Source: Eledone cirrhosa
Lineage: Eukaryota
Direction of reading: 5' to 3'
NCBI GenBank assembly: GCA_964016885.1
Contig: OZ024755.1
Location: forward strand, 3,782,001 to 3,846,000
DNA length: 64,000 bases
Under the pieces are notes generated by a model that saw nothing but the letters and a program-made list of their open reading frames with translations, searched no databases and was not told the origin of the DNA. How positions within the stretch are numbered: the stretch's first letter is position 1; each line of letters starts with the position of its first letter. Made by a program: the position numbers and the translations under genes. Positions 53,701-64,000 of this stretch are shown here, piece by piece.

Positions 53701-56700
53701 AGTTAACTTAAGCAGAAGACATTGGCAGTACCAGTAGTTAACTTAAGCAGAAGACATTGGCAGTACCAGTAGTTAACTTAAGCAGAAGACATTGGCAGTA
53801 CCAGTAGTTAAGTTAAGCAGAAGACATTGGCAGTACCAGTAGTTAACTTAAGCAGAAGACATTGGCAGTACCAGTAGTTAACTTAAGCAGAAGACATTGG
53901 CAGTACCAGTAGTTAACTTAAGCAGAAGACATTGGCAGTACCAGTAGTTAAGTTAAGCAGAAGACATTGGCTAGTACCAGTAGTTAACTTAAGCAGAAGA
54001 CATTGGCAGTACCAGTAGTTAACTTAAGCAGAAGACATTGGCAGTACCAGTAGTTAACTTAAGCAGAAGACATTGGCAGTACCAGTAGTTAAGTTAAGCA
54101 GAAGACATTGGCAGTACCAGTAGTTAAGTTAAGCAGAAGACATTGGCAGTACCAGTAGTTAAGCTTAAGCAGAAGACATTGGCAGTACCAGTAGTTAACT
54201 TAAGCAGAAGACATTGGCAGTACCAGTAGTTAAGTTAAGCAGAGGACATTGGCAGTACCAGTAGTTAAGTTAAGCAGAAGACATTGGCAGTACCAGTAGT
54301 TAAGTTAAGCAGAAGACATTGGCAGTACCAGTAGTTAAGTTAAGCAGAAGACATTGGCAGTACCAGTAGTTAAGTTAAGCAGAGGACATTGGCAGTACCA
54401 GTAGTTAACTTAAGCAGAGGACATTGGCAGTACCAGTAGTTAACTTAAGCAGAAGACATTGGCAGTACCAGTAGTTAAGTTAAGCAGAAGACATTGGCAG
54501 TACCAGTAGTTAAGTTAAGCAGAGGACATTGGCAGTACCAGTAGTTAACTTAAGCAGAGGACATTGGCAGTACCAGTAGTTAACTTAAGCAGAAGACATT
54601 GGCAGTACCAGTAGTTAAGTTAAGCAGAAGACATTGGCAGTACCAGTAGTTAAGTTAAGCAGAGGACATTGGCAGTACCAGTAGTTAACTTAAGCAGAGG
54701 ACATTGGCAGTACCAGTAGTTAACTTAAGCAGAAGACATTGGCAGTACCAGTAGTTAAAGTTAAGCAGAAGACATTGGCAGTACCAGTAGTTAACTTAAG
54801 CAGAAGACATTGGCAGTACCAGTAGTTAAGTTAAGCAGAAGACATTGGCAGTACCAGTAGTTAACTTAAGCAGAAGACATTGGCAGTACCAGTAGTTAAG
54901 TTAAGCAGAAGACATTGGCAGTACCAGTAGTTAAGTTAAGCAGAAGACATTGGCAGTACCAGTAGTTAAGTTAAGCAGAGGACATTGGCAGTACCAGTAG
55001 TTAACTTAAGCAGAAGACATTGGCAAGTACCAGTAGTTAACTTAAGCGTAGGACATTGGCAGTACCAGTAGTTAACTTAAGCAGAAGACATTGGCTAGTA
55101 CCAGTAGTTAACTTAAGCGTAGGACATTGGCAGTACCAGTAGTTAACTTAAGCAGAAGACATTGGCAGTACCAGTAGTTAACTTAAGCGTAGGACATTGG
55201 CAGTACCAGTAGTTAACTTAAGCAGAAGACATTGGCAGTACCAGTAGTTAAGTTAAGCAGAGGACATTGGCAGTACCAGTAGTTAACTTAAGCAGAAGAC
55301 ATTGGCAGTACCAGTAGTTAACTTAAGCGTAGGACATTGGCAGTACCAGTAGTTAACTTAAGCAGAAGACATTGGCAGTACCAGTAGTTAACTTAAGCGT
55401 AGGACATTGGCAGTACCAGTAGTTAACTTAAGCAGAAGACATTGGCAGTACCAGTAGTTAACTTAAGCGTAGGACATTGGCAGTACCAGTAGTTAACTTA
55501 AGCAGAAGACATTGGCAGTACCAGTAGTTAACTTAAGCGTAGGACATTGGCAGTACCAGTAGTTAACTTAAGCAGAAGACATTGGCAGTACCAGTAGTTA
55601 ACTTAAGCGTAGGACATTGGCAGTACCAGTAGTTAACTTAAGCAGAAGACATTGGCAGTACCAGTAGTTAACTTAAGCGTAGGACATTGGCAGTACCAGT
55701 AGTTAACTTAAGCGTAGGACATTGGCAGTACCAGTAGTTAACTTAAGCGTAGGACATTGGCAGTACCAGTAGTTAACTTAAGCAGAGGAAGACATTGGCA
55801 GTACCAGTAGTTAACTTAAGCGTAGGACATTGGCAGTACCAGTAGTTAACTTAAGCGTAGGACATTGGCAGTACCAGTAGTTAACTTAAGCGTAGGACAT
55901 TGGCAGTACCAGTAGTTAACTTAAGCAGAGGAAGACATTGGCAGTACCAGTAGTTAACTTAAGCGTAGGACATTGGCAGTACCAGTAGTTAACTTAAGCA
56001 GAGGACATTGGCAGTACCAGTAGTTAACTTAAGCGTAGGACATTGGCAGTACCAGTAGTTAACTTAAGCAGAAGACATTGGCAGTACCAGTAGTTAACTT
56101 AAGCGTAGGACATTGGCAGTACCAGTAGTTAACTTAAGCAGAAGACATTGGCAGTACCAGTAGTTAACTTAAGCGTAGGACATTGGCAGTACCAGTAGTT
56201 AACTTAAGCGTAGGACATTGGCAGTACCAGTAGTTAACTTAAGCAGAGGACATTGGCAGTACCAGTAGTTAACTTAAGCGTAGGACATTGGCAGTACCAG
56301 TAGTTAACTTAAGCGTAGGACATTGGCAGTACCAGTAGTTAACTTAAGCAGAAGACATTGGCAGTACCAGTAGTTAACTTAAGCAGAGGACATTGGCAGT
56401 ACCAGTAGTTAACTTAAGCGTAGGACATTGGCAGTACCAGTAGTTAACTTAAGCAGAAGACATTGGCAGTACCAGTAGTTAACTTAAGCAGAAGACATTG
56501 GCAGTACCAGTAGTTAACTTAAGCAGAAGACATTGGCAGTACCAGTAGTTAACTTAAGCAGAGGACATTGGCAGTACCAGTAGTTAACTTAAGCAGAGGA
56601 CATTGGCAGTACCAGTAGTTAACTTAAGCGTAGGACATTGGCAGTACCAGTAGTTAACTTAAGCGTAGGACATTGGCAGTACCAGTAGTTAACTTAAGCG

Positions 56701-57902
56701 TAGGACATTGGCAGTACCAGTAGTTAACTTAAGCAGAAGACATTGGCAGTACCAGTAGTTAACTTAAGCAGAAGACATTGGCAGTACCAGTAGTTAACTT
56801 AAGCAGAAGACATTGGCAGTACCAGTAGTTAACTTAAGCAGAGGACATTGGCAGTACCAGTAGTTAACTTAAGCGTAGGACATTGGCAGTACCAGTAGTT
56901 AACTTAAGCGTAGGACATTGGCAGTACCAGTAGTTAACTTAAGCGTAGGACATTGGCAGTACCAGTAGTTAACTTAAGCAGAAGACATTGGCAGTACCAG
57001 TAGTTAACTTAAGCAGAAGACATTGGCAGTACCAGTAGTTAACTTAAGCAGAAGACATTGGCAGTACCAGTAGTTAACTTAAGCAGAGGACATTGGCAGT
57101 ACCAGTAGTTAACTTAAGCGTAGGACATTGGCAGTACCAGTAGTTAACTTAAGCAGAAGACATTGGCAGTACCAGTAGTTAACTTAAGCGTAGGACATTG
57201 GCAGTACCAGTAGTTAACTTAAGCAGAAGACATTGGCAGTACCAGTAGTTAACTTAAGCAGAGGACATTGGCAGTACCAGTAGTTAACTTAAGCGTAGGA
57301 CATTGGCAGTACCAGTAGTTAACTTAAGCAGAAGACATTGGCAGTACCAGTAGTTAACTTAAGCAGAGGACATTGGCAGTACCAGTAGTTAACTTAAGCG
57401 TAGGACATTGGCAGTACCAGTAGTTAACTTAAGCGTAGGACATTGGCAGTACCAGTAGTTAACTTAAGCGTAGGACATTGGCAGTACCAGTAGTTAACTT
57501 AAGCAGAAGACATTGGCAGTACCAGTAGTTAACTTAAGCAGAAGACATTGGCAGTACCAGTAGTTAACTTAAGCGTAGGACATTGGCAGTACCAGTAGTT
57601 AACTTAAGCAGAAGACATTGGCAGTACCAGTAGTTAACTTAAGCAGAAGACATTGGCAGTACCAGTAGTTAACTTAAGCAGAAGACATTGGCAGTACCAG
57701 TAGTTAACTTAAGCAGAAGACATTGGCAGTACCAGTAGTTAACTTAAGCAGAAGACATTGGCAGTACCAGTAGTTAACTTAAGCAGAAGACATTGGCAGT
57801 ACCAGTAGTTAACTTAAGCAGAAGACATTGGCAGTACCAGTAGTTAACTTAAGCAGAGGACATTGGCAGTACCAGTAGTTAAGTTAAGCAGAGGAAGACA
57901 TT
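47744..57902. repeat. 35-bp satellite array, ~290 copies
   Basis: Unit GGACATTGGCAGTACCAGTAGTTAA(G/C)TTAAGCAGA with gga/aga/cgtagga junction variants; no spacers. Confidence 0.99.
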
Positions 57903-58017
57903 ACAGTCAGAAAAAGCAACCAAGACATTGCCATAAAAGTCAATACTTTTATCAATTTTCTTTCTAATTTTTAGAATCAAAGCAAAGATTGAAATTAGCA
58001 TCAAAACTGTATCATTA

Positions 58018-58054
<37 letters not shown>

Positions 58055-58059
<5 letters not shown>

Positions 58060-58297
58060 CAGCTCACACCAATGCTGGTTTAGCTGGCCTCCTCCAAGGT
58101 ATATCTCGTTGGAGGTGTCTTGGGTAATTTAATGATAGGGACCCCAGTCCCTATCATCTCATTTCTACAGCTGAGTAAACTGTAACCACGTGAAATAAAG
58201 TGTCTTGCTCAAGGAAGCAACACATCACCCGGTCCGAGAATTGAACTCACAACCTTTCGATTGCAAGCCCAATGTTTTAACCACTAAGCCATGCGCC
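58055..58297 (-). mobile_element. SINE-B with tail type 2, ending in (CA)n
   Basis: Closely similar to 7617-7865. Confidence 0.87.
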
Positions 58298-58607
58298 GTG
58301 ACGTTAGTGTAATCAAATCTAACCAGAATTTCCATGAAAATATTAGGACGACAGAAAATATATTCGGATGACCGGTGAGATGGGGTGTATGTGAGGGGGG
58401 CGGGCGGAATTGATCTTAATGTTCTTTTAAATCATTTGAATAAGTTTTAATTAAAGAGAGATTTTATCGAAATTTCTTGAAACATTTTTAAAGAAAGATA
58501 ACATTTTTTAAGTGTAAACCATCTTGGAAGATTCAGGTGTGTGTGGAAATGTGGAAAGAGTGGAATATCTTTGAAAAACATTTCCTGTCAAAGTATGATC
58601 TTTCTCC

Positions 58608-58782
58608 TATAATGGTTTCTGATTCAGACACAAGGACAATAATTTTCTTTGTGTGTGTGTGTGGGGGGGGGGGGGGAGTCGATTAAAACGACTCCAGTAC
58701 ATTACTGGTACTTTATTGTATCGACCCCGTAAGGATGAAAGGCAAAGTCAACCTCGGCGGGATTTGAACTCAGATTGTAAAG
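58608..58782 (-). mobile_element. SINE-A long form, 5'-truncated
   Basis: Family match. Confidence 0.85.
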
Positions 58783-58801
58783 GATTGTAAGAATGTTGTC
58801 C

Positions 58802-58847
<46 letters not shown>

Positions 58848-58893
58848 AATTATTATTATATGATATATATGTATATATAATTATTATTAATAT

Positions 58894-59050
58894 GCCATGC
58901 TTTCCAGCATAGTTACGTCCCTTTACGATCTGAGTTCAAATCCCGCCGAGGTTGACTTTGCCTTTCATCCTTACAGGGTCGATACAATAAAGTACCAGTA
59001 ATGTACTGGGAATGTGCTGGCCTTGTGCCTAAAGTAGAAACAATTATTAT
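58894..59050 (+). mobile_element. SINE-A, 5'-truncated
   Basis: Family match; duplicated AT-rich flank. Confidence 0.88.
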
Positions 59051-59247
59051 TAATATTATTATTATATAATATATATATATATATATGTATATATAATTAT
59101 TATTATTAATATTATTATATATATATATATATATATATATATCTATCCCTGTGCACATCTGAAATGTAGATTATCTATATATTTTGCATTTGTCTGTCCG
59201 TCTGGTTATTTATCTCTCTATCTCTCCATCACCCTTTCTCTGTCTCT

Positions 59248-59336
<89 letters not shown>

Positions 59337-59433
59337 CCTCGTTGTATGGCAACGCGTTATTTGTCCAGGAATCTGTTCGCTTGTTTTGTATCTTGAATCT
59401 TGTATCTCTCCATATTGTGTTGTCCTCTCTCTC

Positions 59434-59498
<65 letters not shown>

Positions 59499-60049
59499 AC
59501 ACATATAATATATATATATTACATATATATATCCAAATATAACTGTAATTTTGCTTCGTGTTTTGTTTTTTCATTTATTAACTATATATATTTATATATA
59601 TACGCATATTTATATATATATAATATATATATATATATATGCCTGTATATATATATATGCCTGTATATATATATATGCGTGTGTATATAATATATATATA
59701 ATATAATATATATATACATATAGTAATAAATCCTGTCAGCGCCATAAATTGTCAGAAATTCCTTAATCGATTATCCCTGCAGGGAGGACAACAACAACAA
59801 CACAGCTTCAACCTGGAAAGAGCTGTTGTAATATTATAGCTGTTGCTTGGCAACCAGTGGAGGTGGTTGTGGTTGAACTTGTTCGGTTTCTTGGCAGTTC
59901 TGTAGGACTTGGTCCATCTACCTTCTCTCTCGGTGTTAAGACACTCCACTATCTATCTATGTACTCGGTGTTATACTGTTTGATATTGGTATTAGCATAG
60001 TATTAGAGGTGCCATAGATTTAGTTAACGAGAGCGAACTTTCCTATAAA

Positions 60050-60520
60050 CACACACACGCTCAAACACACACATACTGATATAAACAGACATACAGACAC
60101 ATATACACACACAAATGCGCACTCAGACGCTCACACACATACACACATACACACACACACAAGCACACACAGACACGCTCACATACTCATACATTCACCC
60201 ACTCATACGCTCACACACTCATACACGCACTCACACACTCATACACGCACTCACACACTCATACACGCACTCACACACTCATACACATGCACACACACAT
60301 ACACACACACACAATCACACAGACACACTCGCACACTCATACACTCACACACATTCACACTCATACACTCACGCACTCATACACTCACTCACACACTCAC
60401 GCACTCATACACTCACTCACACACTCACACACATTCACACACTCACACACATTCACACACATTCACACACTCACACACATTCACACACTCACACACATAC
60501 ACTCACACACTCACACACAT
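60050..60520. repeat. (CA)/(CACT)-derived compound microsatellite
   Basis: Direct inspection. Confidence 0.9.
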
Positions 60521-60720
60521 ATGTATAACTTAGTTATTTGTTTTTACATAAATCTTTCGTCTTTACAACAATTTATGAAGACAACTTTACGAAAATGCGT
60601 CGGTACATATACACATAACACATACACTCACGCATATGTACACACACACACACACATATATACGCATATATATGTGTGTGTGTGTGTGTGTGTCTGATTA
60701 TAAATGAGTGGCTTAAATAA

Positions 60721-60753
<33 letters not shown>

Positions 60754-60825
60754 ATATGCGTATATATATATATATATATGCATTTCGTTTATTGATAGCA
60801 TGATCCCCCCCCCCGCCTAAATGTA

Positions 60826-60865
<40 letters not shown>

Positions 60866-60909
60866 AATACACACACACACACACACGTATATATATATAT
60901 ATATTTATA

Positions 60910-61045
60910 TATAAATCAGGATGGTTTCAGTTTAAAACTAGTTCGACCATTACTCAAAAGAGTACTCGATACTTGGGATAGAAGAGCATGATAATATTAT
61001 AATGAATAGAGACCTGACGGCTGAGCTCTTGCCGTTTCAACAGCT
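60910..61045 (-). mobile_element. Diverged family C PLE-type terminus
   Basis: Minus: GAA-ACGGC-aagagctca-GCCGT-C-AGG ... ctcttctatcccaagtatcgagtactct, ending at (TA)n. Confidence 0.6.
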
Positions 61046-61433
61046 AGTTCCAGACTTCTCCTCCCCACCAAAAGTATTGACCTTGTACCTAAATCACAAG
61101 CCATAGTTTTTATATATTTTGATATCCTTTTTAAATATTTTTTTAATATGATTTTTTTTCTTAGATAAAATTTCAAAATTTTTTTTATATTGAAATTTTT
61201 ACGTATCGATTCATTTATTTTCATAACATTTTAATTCATTATTATTATTATATATAGATTTTTTTTTATCGATATCGATCTGTTTCTTCATAAGTAATCA
61301 GTTCTGCATTCGAGATGATATTTTAATCTTTATAAAATTTTTCAAAATTTCTATAATGGAAAAATTTATCATTTAAGTACAAACTTTTAACAATTGTCAA
61401 TCCTTATTATTTGTTGCTTAATTTCTTCAAATT

Positions 61434-61597
<164 letters not shown>

Positions 61598-62352
61598 CTT
61601 ACACAGACACACACACGTGTGTATATATTTTCGCAAAAATAAACAGAGGTAACAAAGCAAATGACAAAGTACAATGTAAAATTACATTTAGTTGAACGCT
61701 TGAAATACATACATACATACATACATACTTACACACGCACATAGATACACACACATACACACATAAACACACACGCATACATACACACACAAACACATAC
61801 GTACATGTATTTGTATTCTGCAATTCCATATGTTTGTACATTATAAGGTTCTTCTTTAATATCTACTGATTCTGCATGTATAATTCTGAATTATTGCCTT
61901 ACGTTTACTTCTGGGTGTGTGAGGGAGTCCTACACGAATATTCTCTGGATTCAACCATATTATAGAACCTCTGGAGCGGTCTCCGGTATTTTCTATTTAA
62001 TATAGAGGAGGGAATGAATAAGAGAGGCCTGAAACTGATCTTGTTATAGGTACATCGGATCCCTGTTAAATATACGTCTAAGGTCTGGAGCTCGGAGGCT
62101 CAACAGGGCGGTGCATATCCTAGTTTCCATGGCGTGAAGTAACTGAGTACAATAATCCCTCCTGGATAGGACGCCAGTCCATTGCAGGGTTGTACCCCCA
62201 ACTATTGCTGGTAGGTACATATTTTCAGCTGGCTGAGTATAACTGGAGCAACGGGAAATAAAGTATTTTACTCAAGAACACAACACAACACAATCTTTAA
62301 AGATTTATAGACCTTGACAACCTCAACTAAGAATATTCCGTATCTTGCCAAC

Positions 62353-62469
62353 GAGTTTCAAATCCCGCCGAGGTTGACTTTGCCTTTCATCCTTACGGGG
62401 TCGACAAAATAAAGTACCAGTAATGCACTGGGTAATTGCGGGCCTTGTGCTTAAAGTAGAAACAATTAT
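62353..62469 (+). mobile_element. SINE-A, 5'-truncated
   Basis: Family match from the B-box onward. Confidence 0.9.
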
Positions 62470-62617
62470 AAATAAATCTACAGGAAAATATTACCGTATT
62501 TCGGCGCCGGGAAATACGGTAAGTGTCTAGTTAAACGCATGCGCTGTCCAGCCTCCTTCTACGACTTATATAATCGATGCACTCACATACCCCATGATAT
62601 AATTACATGCATTTCCT

Positions 62618-63065
62618 CCAACCCCCACCACAATTAAGGATCTAGAACCCTTTGAGTACACCCTTCTAGACATAATATATAATCCAATATCCGTAAATAT
62701 ACAAATACCATTCAAACAACGGTTAAAATTGACATTAAGCACATCAGGAATTCTAAAAACATACTAAAAATATTTTCCGATAAATCCCAGAGCATCTTTG
62801 AAGTAGATAATCTGTTTAAGCAGTTAATCAATAACAACATCATCTCAAATGAAGACCACAGTGCATTAGTGAGAGGTGGTGAATATATAGCACATCAACT
62901 AAGACTAGATATGGTGTGGATGGTCCAGTAACTCCTGAGGGGGTTGTAAGGGGCCCCGTTGTAAGGACATACGGCGTTTCTAGTGCATTTTGTAAAACCT
63001 GGCGGAGTCCATCTCCTCTCAAGGTCTGAATACAGTGGATTTTTTCCAGAGAAGGATAGAAAGTG

Positions 63066-63096
<31 letters not shown>

Positions 63097-63680
63097 GTCT
63101 GTTTATGTGAGAGAGAGAGGAAGTGAGAAAGAGATAAAGAGGAAGAATCAGCCCAGTACTTGACTGGATATACACGCGGCATATATTACAATTATGGACT
63201 ATAAACAAACTTCTACCTCTAACAACGGATATAGATTAATTGATTAAGCTAAAACTACGAGTGTATTTAAGCAACAACAACATTTTATGAAATTTTGAAA
63301 ACAGTATAAAGAAAGCTACTGACATCGAACAATGGAAAATCCCAGCACAGTCGCTCATCGGCTTCACAATATTAACAGTAAACATAAATTTAGATTTATC
63401 CAATTTAATATTATTAAAATTTTCCCTTTCATCTCTAAATCCTTAATCTATATTGTCTCAGAATGTACCAACACTTAAAATAATACAATAGAAGATAATA
63501 AAATTGAGATATGTACGCTAGGAAGACATTACATATAGAGGCCATGATTGGGTCACATTTCTACCAGCTGAGTCTTTTGATATATTACGAGAGATGTGCA
63601 ACAGTATCAAGTCATAATAATACCTTTTAGGTTTATTATATATCTCACATATACTAAAGCAACTAACTTATTCCAATAAA
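62618..63680 (+). pseudogene. Decayed Penelope-like element reverse transcriptase ORF (frameshifts, stops, insertion at ~62855-63160)
   Basis: Colinear peptides across frames: IKDLEPFEYTLLDII; RKYTNTIQTTVKIDIKHIRNSKNILKIFSDKS; AYITIMDYK..YRLID*AK; EQW; HNINSKHKFRFIQFNIIKIFPFIS; MYARKTL; DWV..SFDI; LGLLYI. These parallel the PLE motifs ADKT, AFITLKDHK..RLINPAK, FIQFDIxEFYPSI, MHARKSLL and FDVTMG as recalled. Confidence 0.8.
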
Positions 63681-63783
63681 TTTTTTCTGTATAGAGAATA
63701 TAAGCAATATATATTTATTAAAATAACAGTATATATTTATCCTTATCGAGCCCTCTTTGGATTTTAGTTTTCACATTTATTAT

Positions 63784-63845
<62 letters not shown>

Positions 63846-64000
63846 AAAAAACGTATACACACTTCAACACCATTCTATTAAAAGTGTGTAAACATTTTTT
63901 GGGAACAGCCTGTATATATATATATATATATATATATTTATCCTAATACATCAACGGATACCATTTTAGATACATCAGGGGAATTCGAGAACACGTCGCG

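Noticed and set aside
47744-57902. CRISPR-like array of 35-bp repeats
   Set aside because: Head-to-tail monomers with no unique spacers, no cas genes, eukaryotic context; stop codons preclude coding

Overview
AT-rich, microsatellite-dense animal DNA, intronic or intergenic. The repeat repertoire suggests an octopod cephalopod, but that is inference from remembered consensus sequences. No intact protein-coding gene is supported: the long ORFs are translations of (TA)n/(CA)n/(GA)n tracts. The window holds about 20 copies or fragments of a ~190-220 bp tRNA-derived SINE (SINE-A) and a second tRNA/CORE-type SINE (SINE-B) with at least three alternative 3' tails. It also holds Tc1/mariner- and piggyBac-type MITEs, and decayed coding relics of a Penelope-like element (PLE) reverse transcriptase (62618-63680), a CRE-clade C-terminus (33976-34110) and two L1/Tx1 ORF2 ends. 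There are many minisatellites, a 200-N gap and a ~10.2 kb array of a 35-bp satellite. The most notable structure is a set of short PLE-type termini from at least six sequence families, sitting beside (TA)n tracts. They carry whole or half type I hammerhead ribozyme motifs and repeatedly form near-perfect fold-back palindromes (arms of ~36-171 bp), most of which turn in or next to hammerhead stem II. One strong 16-nt microexon candidate (15313-15328) hints that the window lies in the introns of a + strand gene. All alignments and folds were done by eye.
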